Positions 1 through 11,681 of a stretch of DNA of 64,000 nt are shown here, piece after piece. Position 1 is the first letter of the stretch, and every line of letters starts with the position of its first letter. The stretch spans positions 32,922,001-32,986,000 of the forward strand of contig CM114271.1 of the NCBI GenBank assembly GCA_050084515.1. The letters are read 5' to 3'. Both the position numbers and the translations under genes were made by a program. The notes under the pieces were generated by a model. It was given only the letters and a program-made list of their open reading frames with translations. It made no database searches and was not told the DNA's origin. This DNA comes from Blasia pusilla (lineage: Eukaryota).

Positions 1-1294
1 TGGATAACGAGACTCAACCGTAATCATTTCACTTCAATCTGCGGAGCCAATTGTATGATCATCATTCAATTCCTACGACCCATAATCGTACAATCGCGGA
101 TAGATGAAAGGCTGGACGTTACACGCTCTAAGGAAGGGATGCAATAAATGTGTGGAACCTTGTATATCGTTATCCCTTGTCATGTCCAACAAATTAGAGT
201 GAAATAGAATGATGATCAACAATAGGTGAACTTAAAATTCCAGATGTTTTCTCATGATAGCTACAAATGTCATCATTTATTGGTGGGTTTATTTGTCATT
301 TGGAGCATTATTCCCATCTTCAAAAATTGTTTATGGAACAAAGCGAAGGCGTGAAGAATTATTTCCATTAAAAAAATTTGTTGATGGACATAGTATGGAT
401 TTGATATTCATATCACTTCCATCATGTTAAGATTTAGAGACAATCCCTGTTTTGTTCATCTAGAGGGATGTAGAACTCACCATTGCTATATTTTATCTTA
501 TTTGCACTCATGTGAAATTAACCTTTGGTATCATGTGCAATCTATGTAATATTTATGATAAAATATATATTTAAAATCAATAAAAGAGTGTATTCAATGT
601 ATCAAAAAATTTATACAAATATGTTAATATCAAGTCCTTTACGTAGTAGTAGTGGTATATATATATATAGAAATTAAATAACATTCCAATACTAAGAGAA
701 TTTTTCCCCGTGGGTTCATATTTGGATCAAAAATATTTGTCAAACATGCACATGTTAATAAATTAGCATTTACTTTAAAATAATCCTATTCATGTTTATA
801 ATAATAATCCAATCCCTCGGAGAATGTTCTTCGAGTGAATTATGAGATTTTTGAGCTTGCCGTGTAATGCATTTGTGTCACTCACTATAGTCCATCCCAC
901 CTTCCAATAAGTCGGTCACTACATCCCTTGAGTCCCCTCATCTAATGAAACATAACTTTTTCGCTCATTAGTCTCATAAACAAATCCAAGATTTGTGAGT
1001 TCGTCACACTTGATTATTTTTCCGAAGTAAATACGATCCCCCGAAGAAGCCATGAGAGAAACGTCTTTAGACTGATCATGGTCTTGTCATAAAACACTTG
1101 AACAACAACCTTGAGATTATTATGCACACTCATCAACAACAATTCTTTTCTTTCTTGTCTTATGGCCCAAAAAGGAATTATCCACTACCTCGATTCTAAT
1201 TGGGTGATTTTTAGAAAACTATAAACAAGAAAATTTGAGATTATTCACTGGCTATGCAGAAGGAATAGTCGTTGTATCTTGGCGAATTGCCCGG

Positions 1295-1486
1295 AGATGA
1301 AGTACTAGAGCACGAAAAAGTCTCTACCCAAAATTTTACTAGTATGCTTATCAAAATTGTGTCATTTTTTATAGGTTTAGGGTTGTAATGATATGATGGA
1401 GTACTAGAGCACGAAAAGGTCTCTACCCAAAATTGTACTAGTATGCTTATCAAAATTGTGTCACTTTTTATAGGTTTAGGGTTGTA
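1295..1486. repeat. Tandem duplication, two ~92-bp copies (period ~99 bp)
   Basis: GATG(A/G)AGTACTAGAGCACGAAAA...TTTTTATAGGTTTAGGGTTGTA occurs at ~1295-1387 and ~1394-1486 with few substitutions. Confidence 0.9.
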
Positions 1487-3113
1487 TTTATATCATAGCG
1501 GAAATACATGTACAACACTTCAAATTTTGGTGACGTAAAAATACTTCACAAAGTTCAACAATGATCGAGCATTGGAGTTTGCGCATGTCTCTTGCAAGAA
1601 AGATTGTGATGGAGCCTTCCTACAAAATTGCAAAAGGTCATGCTCGGGTTCATCCTTCGGACTTCCCCACATTTATAGTGTGCGGAGTTTAATAGGATCT
1701 CTGACCGAAAAGAGATCGAGAACCGATGATATCGGATGAGCCGATGGAACATGAAGAATCGTCGGGAAGAAAATATTCAAACTTTGAAATTCCATTGGCC
1801 TGAACAATGCATAAGATTTTTTTAACCGAACTAAGAAGGAGTTTGTGAGTTTGTGACCAAATTGAGAGGGAATTGTTGGCTAATGATAATGGTTCATCCA
1901 ATTATGTCGCCGCATTCAATCTGATTGCCTCCACTTGTGATTGCACCTTCTTCAATTCCTTTAAGTCCCCCCCCTTATTTAGTTCCTTCGACACCACTCT
2001 AGAGAGTCTGCTCCAAGTTAGAGGGCACGGGTGATTTATTTGTAGTTCTAAAGTTAGTGAACTAACATGTATCCTACCACAAGTAGTTCCTTTAAAAACT
2101 CTTCTTTTACTATTGGTCTGACAAGTATCCAATGTAAATCAAATAACATATCCTCTCGTTTAAATACATAAGGCCGTGGAGGACGTAGAAGAAATCTCAT
2201 CTTGTTCAAATATAAGATCGTTGACACTTTCCCATAAATTAGACTTATTTTTTACTTCTACTTTTTCTTGAGATGACTACTTCTAGAGGTGTTTCACTTC
2301 TTTGGGAGGGTTACTAGAAGAAGTAACCCTCCCCCCCCTTCCTCAAAATATAGCAAAGACTTGCCTAGTCAAGACACGTTTGTTTTCTTTGACAGTCTTC
2401 CTGATCCTTTTCCTCAAAGTCTCCCCACTGCATTGTCATATTCCTCATAAAAATGCTCACCAATCACTTTATTTAGGCCTCAAACTTAGTAAATAACCCT
2501 TCCCATAGTATATTCAATATCCTAAAACCAACGATGAGAGTTGGATGCGTGAAACGGGATGAGTAGTAGTCTAGTTTTCCGACAAAGTCTAGTTGATTGC
2601 GATAAGTACAACTCATTAATTTTTTCTATAGTGCGAGTGCATCCCTTGCTATAAGAGAGGAATGTTGCTCTTAAAGATGCCTTAGCTGGATAATCTATGG
2701 AACTCCGTAAACAAATTTTGATTTGATGCACAATTAGAAGAAGCGGCAGTGGGACAAAGGAATCATTTATTCAATAGTGAGTGGTACTCAACTAGGGATA
2801 GATATGATTGGGATGTGACACCATCAATACATCATTGTACTATCTTTTGATTCCTTAGCACTAGATTGGGTTCAAAAACCGTTGACAAGAAATCAAAGAC
2901 GACTAACTGATATCATGAAATAAGTAGCGGATTGAATTTTTCTTAGTAGTGGTAGTGAGAAACAAAAGAACAATGCGCAACCACATGGAAATTTTTTTAC
3001 GAGCCCGACATGTTCACCTAGATCTTATAAAGTGAATGATAAAATCACGCAAACTTTATTAGCTTGATCGCTCCTGGATTTCTTAATTGTACAATACGCT
3101 AATTTAATGTGGG

Positions 3114-3151
<38 letters not shown>

Positions 3152-3699
3152 ACATGGAGCCGCCCTTCTCCGACTCCGGCAGTAGTCAGAACGGCTCTGT
3201 GCGAGGCAACGGAGCCACATAAACATATGCGGCTCTGTTTGCCTCCGTTCACTTCTTTTTTTAGTATTTTTCCTCTAGGAGGTTGTATTTCACGGGTTTA
3301 GGTTCTACGCACACAACATTTCACACCTAATACACATTTTTTTATTATATTATCACATGTAATGGTGATTAATCTTTTACTGGTTTTGTTTGGAATAATA
3401 CGGATAAATTATATATTCTAGTGGGTGAAAAAGAATGAGATTTTCATTGAGAACCTTTTAGCGATCATTATGGATGTTTTTTGACTTACTTTGTGCATCA
3501 TTTCTTGAAGGAGGAATGTTTAGTGAAATCGAGCTCGTTACTTTTATTATGGGGACTACGGAAGACGACAAAGTTAATTAATATTCAAAATATATTCATG
3601 TTCTATTTCATGATCGAAGAGTGGCATTGAAGTCAATCAAATGGAGGAACAAAAATTTGGGTAATTCCAAAACAATTCACTTGGTGGGAGGTCATTCAT

Positions 3700-4891
3700 A
3701 AAAAGGTTTGGACTTATAATGACGTTTTTCTTTACACTCATATGAGAATTTGATATATAATGTCTTTTGAAAAAATATGGAAACTAGTACATGTGATTGA
3801 ACCATTCATGCCATCTATGCCAACGTGACATAGATGGCATGAATGGTTCAATCTAGGTTCATAGGTAGTAGACAAGTGTTTGTTATCTCAACTATTTTTT
3901 TAACGAAAAAAAGAGTTGAGATAGCAAAGTGTATTGCGGGGATTATTTACCGATTTGCCCATAATCCACCACTTCCAATCTTGAGTGACTTATACGTGAT
4001 TGAAAAATCAACAATAGTCAAGTACACACCCATTCATTATCATTGACATTCTAAAAATTAAACATAAATTGTACGCAAAATATATTAGATGGCCAATAAT
4101 TGATGAAATGATTGAACAAATGCGCAAATATAAGCATAGTTGTGGAGTTTCATGAATCATAGGTGCTATAGATGGGTTTCACATCAAACTTAAATTCAAA
4201 CTTATTGCATGTGAAATATTTCCTATAACACTATAAGAATCGTCACTGGGATTATTTGGTGCTTCTCCAAAATTTATGTGCTGTCGATATGAAGTTTTAG
4301 GACTCATGTTGTATTAAGCCTCGATTCACTCATGATGCTGGATATTTAAGATAATCGAGAATGTTTCAATGCATTAAAGAGAAACTTTTTTTTCTCAACC
4401 ATAAATCACATTGCCACTTGATCACATAGAACTTCAAATCATTCCACCCATAATACTTGTGGATACTATCTATTATAATATGATAATTTATAATATGGCT
4501 ATTGAAGTGTTTCCATCGATATCTACATCAAGACAATCCATTGGAAAATATATTTGATAGACATACATCAATGACAAGAGTGACAATAGGAAATTTTTTT
4601 GATCATTTGAAATGAAGATGGACAATTCTACACGATTGTCCAATATCTCTAGAAATGATTTCTAAAGTAATTTTTGCATATGGAGTCTTGCATAATGTTT
4701 TTATCACATATACAAATCCCTTATCGCAAGACATCAATTCAGTGAATAATAGGATGAATGGTGGAATTATCCAATCACAGTGTGGAAGTACAGTTGAGAG
4801 GAGAAGAACAAACGTAGATGAACTAGTGCGAGCAACATTGTTTAAAGAGTTTTATGATACACATGCTTACTTGAGCGGTGATAGAGCTTGA
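3700..4891 (+). pseudogene. Degenerate PIF/Harbinger (HARBI1-like, DDE_Tnp_4) transposase
   Basis: Broken frames read IIGAIDGFHIKL (~4156), YKNRH, HDAGYL (~4330), TRVTIGNFFDHLK*RWTIL and KVIFAYGVLHNVF, i.e. the GAIDG.H / HD / R..IE..F..LK.RW / LHN motif series, with many stops and frameshifts. 5' boundary approximate. Confidence 0.8.
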
Positions 4892-5094
4892 GGTAGATTA
4901 TACATAATTATTTTTCAGAAGCAAATGTTGTTGATGATTTTCCTTCTCGCTTTTCTCTCTCCAACTGAAGCTCCATGCGGTGAAGTTCGAACATTTGAGA
5001 CATGAGCTCCAATTTGTTATCTTCTTGTTGAGCTTTCTTTTCACTTATCTCATTCAAAACTTGAATGAAGGCATTTATTGATTGTGTAATACTA

Positions 5095-8000
5095 TGTCGT
5101 GCGCATACACATCGCTACACAACATATATCGCTGTCACCGAATACACACACAAACATGCACGATCCCATGCTAACTCATGGCATCCAAACACAGAGGCGA
5201 GGAGTACCAAAATATCTCCAATCAAAGTAAGATCCAATTTCTCTCTACACCATCTCACACCATAACTCTCAAAGGTGTGCACTCTCTCTCATGTCAAACC
5301 AAACCCACTCTCGCGTGGAGACCCTCGAAACCTCCGTCACGTCTTTTAGGATAGATCGGTGAGATCTAGTAGAGCGCCTTCGTAAGTAGTGGAGGACATG
5401 CTCAATAGGTCGAGGATGACCTACTGAGGCTTGAGGAAACCTGAGACGGCAGGTTTCCTCAAGCCTCAGCTCATTTGGAGCCATATTGAATAACTTATTA
5501 TTTTAGGTAAGTATCATTTTGAATATATGATTGACTTTCTATTTTTGGTAAGTGACCCTTGACCTCCTACATCAAGTCAAGAGCCAAGGAGATCACTTGG
5601 GAGAATAGGTTACCATGGAGAGATCTCGAGAGAGTGGAGGGGTATACCTCAAGGAGAGAGAGCTTGACAACTCATTCTCTCTTTGTTGAACCTCTTGGCA
5701 TGAGGCGGCGGAGCTATGATCCCATGCCTTGTGAGTGTAACCCAAGCCTCTCATTAGGAGAGTGGGTTTGGTTTGACACGAGAGAGAGTGCACACCTTTG
5801 AGAGCTATGGTGTGAGATGGTGTAGAGAGAGATTGGATCTTACTTTATTGGAGATATTTTAGTACTTCTGGTCTCGTTGTTTGGATGCCATGAGTTAGCA
5901 TGGGATTGTGCGTATTTGTGTGTGTGTTTGATGACAATAATGTATGTTGTGTAGCAATGTATATGCGCACGACACTTCGTACCACTCCGGGTAAACCCTC
6001 GAGAGCTACTCTCAGGTCCACTATCTCGCCTCTCAAAATCCTGAAAGGACGTCGTGATGGCCCTCGTGCCTCTCTCACACGATCACTCTCAACCTCGCGA
6101 GTTATCCGTCAATCACTCATCCCAAACATGCGACACTCAATCTACACTCTCCCTCCTCGAGACGTGTAACGTGCGGCAACAAGCGGCGTGGTGCGGCAAA
6201 TCGACTAAGCTATCATCTCATCGACAACCTACCCTCAACTCGGGACATCCCACATAGGTCTATGTCCCCTAAACCACATACATAAATGATACTCTCAACA
6301 TCCACACAACCCAATATCCCCAAATAAACTAACCAAATCCCAGAATCTCTCACGCGTGCAGGTTAAAGGACCAGAATAGGTAACCTGACCACATATTGAT
6401 GTTGCTCCTCAGGAACTCCAAATCTCAACCCCAACTCGGTCGTGGAGACAACTCCTCCAATCAGCAAGTCCTCCTCCTCCCGTACTGACGTTGCTAAAAC
6501 TCCTCGATGGATAGTGCGGTTCCAACGGAACAGTGCGGCGTTGCAGGCGGTACAGAACGGCTACAAAGGACATGACCCTCGATGGTGGGATGCGGAACTC
6601 GGCGGCATACCCTCCTCAATCAATAATAAACCCACACTCTGCTCCACAATGACGGTGCGGCTCTGCGATCTAGACGGTGCGGTGTGGCCACAAGCGGCAC
6701 GGCGTGACAATCAGCCGCGCGTTGCGGCTACGGGCATCACGACACGGTACTCGATCGTCGTCGAGCGGCAACCAATCACAACATAGCAGCATGAAATCAG
6801 AACTCAAACACCATAACCGGAGGTCATCTACCATCACTGGTTGATGATGAAACTGCGATGACGGTGATGGCCAAACCAAAGTACGTGGTGGCGATGCAAG
6901 TCAGACAATCCACGGTGGTCGTGGAAGACCCTCCACTTTGTAATGGCGGCAATGGCAACCAAAGGGTGGATAACGGCAACGGCCGACAGTGGACGGTGGA
7001 CCGTTGATGGTGACAACGGATCGTTGACGATGACGATTGACCATCGACGGTGACGGTTGACCATTGACCAATGACGGTGACTATGACGACGACGGTCGCC
7101 GCTGGCGTAGTGGCTGGTTCAGGGTTTGAACAATTTAACCCTAAAAATCATCTAACAATGGAAATTTTGCAAGATTGACCATAACTTTTTACTCGCATCC
7201 AAATTGCGCACCGTTTGTTGTACGACGTGCAAAACTTTACGATCTACGATGGAGTTAAAAAATATTTGGAATTGGACATTCCAGTAAAAACTGATAGGGA
7301 CTGTTGTAAATCCCAATGTCTCTTTCTCCTACACAAAATTTGGCAGCGCTTCCGCGATGATTTCTCCCAACCAAAATGTAAAACCTGTAAAAATACAAAT
7401 CTGCAAGCTACATGGTGCTCCCAAGAGTAATGGCATGGGGCAACCCGCCCCCATAATCAATCCCTATCAAAAATTGGGCAACGTTTTTGCACGCCACTCT
7501 TCTACACAAAAAATAGGCAAATGCAAAGAATAATCAAAGCAGCCCTTGCTCCGATGAGCACTCCCATGAGCCGCTAAACGGAGAACACGGTCCCCAATCT
7601 GCAAAAAAAATAAGTGACCAACGAGCTCCCCCATGATGCTCTCTCATTCTCTCATTCTCTCTTTGTAAAGTAAGATCCAATCTCTCTCTACACCATCTCA
7701 CACCATAGCTCTCAAAGGTGTGCACTCTCTCTCATGTCAAACCAAACCCACTCTCCTAATGAGAGGCTTGGGTTACACTCACAAGGCAAGGGACCATTAG
7801 CTTTTCCACCTCATGCCAAGAGGTTCAACAAAGAGAGAATGAGTTGTCAAGCTCTCTCTCCTTGAGGTATACCCCTCCACTCTCCCGAGCTTTCTCCATG
7901 GTAACATATTCTCCCAAGTCACCTCCTTGGCTCTTGACCTGATGTAGGAGGTCAAGGGCCACTTACCAAAAATAGAAAGTCAATCATATATTCAAAATGA

Positions 8001-8179
8001 TACTTACCTAAAATAATAAGTTATTCAATATGGCTCCAAATGAGCTGAGGCTTGAGGAAACCTGCCGTCTCAGGTTTCCTCAAGCCTCAGTAGGTCATAC
8101 TCGACCTATTGAGCATGTCCTCCACTACTCACGAAGGCGCTCTACTAGATCTCACCGATTTATCCTAAAAAACGTGACA
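5095..8179 (-). mobile_element. Internally deleted, non-coding copy of the DNMT-Gypsy family (A1 - leader - deletion - end of A2 + B2), TSD ACTA
   Basis: On the minus strand it begins TGTCACG (8179) and ends GCGCACGACA (5095). ACTA lies at 5091-5094 and 8180-8183. 7665-7420 matches 44707-44957, and 6800-5975 matches ~48230-49026. Confidence 0.88.
5335..5974 (+). mobile_element. Solo terminal-repeat unit (A+B) nested in opposite orientation inside the 5095-8179 copy
   Basis: (C)GTCACGTCTTTTAGGATAG...ATGCGCACGACA, highly similar to 35148-35817. Flanked by CCTC/CTTC (4-bp TSD, 1 mismatch). The uninterrupted target, with a single GAGG, is visible at ~49024. Confidence 0.88.
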
Positions 8180-8269
8180 ACTATTACTGATATCTCTCAA
8201 CCTTCTTTTTTTGTTTGGTTGTCTTGCAATGCCCGGTTGGGAACATGCTTTGCTTCTTGGATTTTGTTC

Positions 8270-8852
8270 GGTAGGTAGAGCTTCACTTGAACTCATGTTG
8301 GATGTGTGAGTTTGAGATATATCTATTGGTTCATATAATGGTGCATCTATAGATGGATGAATAGGTAGATCGCTCAATAGATCCAAAAGTTTCTTGCCCT
8401 CATCGAATAGAATGTGAATAAACGACGGTTGAGATTCAACATGAATGAGATCTTCTTCACTCAAATCAACAAAAATGTCCATACCAACAAATTCTTGGAT
8501 GTTAGTACCACCATCACATACACGTGGTATTATGATTCCTTTGGTGGAGGATCTTGTAAGGTTTGTTGGGTAGGTAGAGCTTCATTTGAACTCACATTGG
8601 ATGTGTGAGTTTGAGATATATCTCTTGGTTCACATAATGGTGTATCTATGGATGGATGAATAGGTAGATCGCTTAATTGATCCATAAATTTCTCGCCCTC
8701 ATTCGTTAGAATGGAAATAAATGATGGTTAAAATTTTGTATGAATGAGATCTTCTTCACTCAAATCAACAAAAATATCCATATCGACAAATTCTTGGATG
8801 TTAGTACTACCATCACATGCACATGGTATTATGATTCCTTTGGTGAAGGACC
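8270..8852. repeat. Tandem duplication, two ~283-bp copies (period ~300 bp)
   Basis: GGTAGGTAGAGCTTCA...GATTCCTTTGGTG occurs at ~8270-8552 and ~8569-8852. Confidence 0.9.
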
Positions 8853-11681
8853 TCTAAACCTAAGTATTTGAGCATAATATTCCACTCACTTGGTTCGGCA
8901 CCCGTTGGACCTTTTTTATTTTTTCACTCTTATACTTTTTTTACTAACCCATCTAATTTATTTCTTAGCATTTATGGCTCATATGATAGGGTCAAGATAT
9001 TTTTCATTCATATGAATTGCAAGTAATGGCCATTGATCTTGGCTCACATTCCCTTGATTACAATGACGGAAGTAACATTATTCATACAAATCAATAAATA
9101 TTCTCTCATTCTCTTTACTCCATTATACTTTTGGTTTTTTAAGAGAGAAAGGACATGAAATTAAGACAACACAATTCAAAATGATAAGCATCATCACATA
9201 AAAAACCCTCAAACAATGCATATGAGGCAACGTGAAGGATTGGATTTGTATCAGAAACCATACCGGAAAACTGTTTCTTGGTATTGATTGAGGTCATAGC
9301 TCTTTGTACCACAGTCTATTCGGAAAAGTCAGTAGTCCTTTCCATGTAGGGCTGATATTTTTGATACCTAGAGCAAACATAAACAAATATAAATATAAGC
9401 CAAATCCTCATTGAATGGTGCAAATGACTCTACGCAAAAATAAACAAGATTTTAATGTATATTGCATGCTGATGTCCAAAAAAAGAAGAAGAATGGGTTT
9501 GAAGATCTTCTCATTGCGGTTATTTTGACTCTAAGAACAAGGCGTAACGATTTGCGAGGAGAAGTATATGACTATGATAATCTAATACACTCTCACAACT
9601 AGTTTTTGTAACTCACCTTTAAAAGAAAAGGGCAAAAGAGCTCTTTGGAAAACTTGGACTATCACAAATTAGGAAAGAAAAAAGAGAGTGCACGTTCACC
9701 TTAAAAGTAGCCGACGCCCTTTTTTTAATATAAAAACAAAGGAGAGAGTAGGAAACGAAGCCCTCCGTTTGAAGGCTCCGTTCGGGCTTGACTCGAGTTC
9801 CGTTTCGGCCCGGCTTGTGCGGAGCAGGAACAGACTTGGCATATTCAGACGATATGCCCCCAAACGGAGGCATATCGTCTCGATGTGAATCGGGTAAGAG
9901 AGAGACCAAAGAGTAAAATAGGGAGAATCGTGCATCAATATGCAACACCCAAGAGACCTCTACATCGTAGTGTAACTTCCTTCTTCTTACTACTCACATG
10001 GTGCAAACATTAGATATGCAAAAATCTGAACCTACTAATGAAACCAACACTCAACTTTATGATGTGGTCTAGGGTTGGCAATCAAAGAGCTTGAAGATTC
10101 CTTTCCTACAACACCATGAGATCAAGCAAGCATATTATAACTCTTCCAAGTCTTAGCAAGCTCATGGTAAAAAAAATCACCTCTAGCGTTGTTGCCACAG
10201 CTCAAATGTCCCCTCCATCCATACTTCCAACTTCACACAACTCCACCTGCCGTTCCAGCTTCCTTGACTCCAACTCTAGCCCTAACTTAGCTATCGGAGG
10301 CCCCTGAATGATACCAAGATTACCTTATTGACTATCACACACCTGTGTGTGCATACAAGACTGCAGTAATTCACAAAATGACACATGTAACACACAAAAA
10401 ATGTGTCGATTAACGGTGTCTGTGGAAAGTCCCTTCAAGCCGCCAATGAAAGCACCACACGCATTTGCAAAATAAGATCGCAAATCATCTAAAAGGCGCA
10501 ATTTTTTTAAACAAGAGAGACGTCACATCTTACATAAAGTACATTTTTTTGGTTTCTTTTCACACATAATAAACCCCCATGTCTCAATAGTAATATGTGT
10601 TATTAAGGCGTTGAAAAATACAAAGTAACCTTTTATCATAGAATAAATAGACTAGAGACTTTTGAGAACCCAAAATGTCCCATGATATTTTGTACTAAGT
10701 AAAATTAAGAAGAAAATAAAACAATAAATGTCGTGCACCGCCCTTCAATCCGTCCACATTCTCGCAGGCCCGTCGCTCGGAACAGACTCCGATTTCCCAT
10801 CCGTCCACCCGCGCGTTAGGTCGGTCGTTTGGAACTGATCTGCGCGTTCCATTCACGTACTCATCGCCAGAGCAGCTGAAGAGAGAGAGAGAGAGAGCTC
10901 CGCAAGCGCTGTCGCTGTCAGTGGAATGTTTAGCACGCCTTTCTAGTAATTCGGGGCTTTTCCTCGGTGCTACCACACGCGAACATTGGCTTTCTAGGGT
11001 TTGTGCGTGGGACGTTTGATCACGAACACGCACCGCAGGTCGTTTGCCTTGGCGGGCACGCGACGGAGGAGAAGCGCGGGATTGATCGAGGGAGCGTTTC
11101 CGTTTCGCGATTACCACGCAGCGGAAAGAGCAGCGACTGATTCCAGTTGGATGCCGGCATCTGAACCGGGGAAAGCGCTTCGGGTTGGTGCACGGTGTGG
11201 TTCATCGGGAGTTCCTTCGTTGGCTCTCGAACGCTCGCACTCTCTGCCCTTACGCACTTCATTCGAAACCTGGGATTTGAGTCAGATGTGGTCTTACGCG
11301 AACTGTTCTTCTTCGCGGGATGTGGGGCCGAGTTGGTTATGTGTAAACGCTTCCTTGAGAGCCGTTTCTTGGGATTTTGGGGGAGCTCTTGTTGGCCCCG
11401 AAGCTGCCTGCCCAAGAACTTTGATTAGTTGTTTTGACTGCTTTTTTGTCAGCAGTTTCTCATGCACTCTGTGTTTTGGCGCTGTAGGAGATTGGCAGTT
11501 CACCATGCAACCCTTCACATTACCGCATGTACCAAGGGACCTGCCTATGTCTTGAAGGGCTGCAGGTAGTCAGCTGGGCCTGTGATTGATTAAAGGTATC
11601 GCAGGAGTTGTTCAACCCGATAACGATTTTCTCAGTCGTCAATCGGGAGTCGAAGTCATCAGACGGAGAGCGCGAGTGTTG

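Noticed and set aside
1-3000. Possible decayed coding sequence (also ~17750-18540 and ~33050-33700)
   Set aside because: Fragments look like TE relics, but no motif could be assigned with confidence
3116-3148. (GA)n tracts here and at ~44590-44667 and ~56669-56726, and scattered TTTAGGG
   Set aside because: Ordinary microsatellites (the latter two are expansions within segment A). The telomere-like motifs are single copies, not arrays
5095-5974. MITE or foldback DNA transposon with ~220-bp TIRs
   Set aside because: The apparent TIRs are segment B (plus the end of A) of two nested, oppositely oriented retroelement copies, each with its own TSD
10695-11555. Overlapping 130-184 aa ORFs as genes
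   Set aside because: No recognisable domains; more likely the GC-rich promoter, 5' UTR and first intron of the SAM gene
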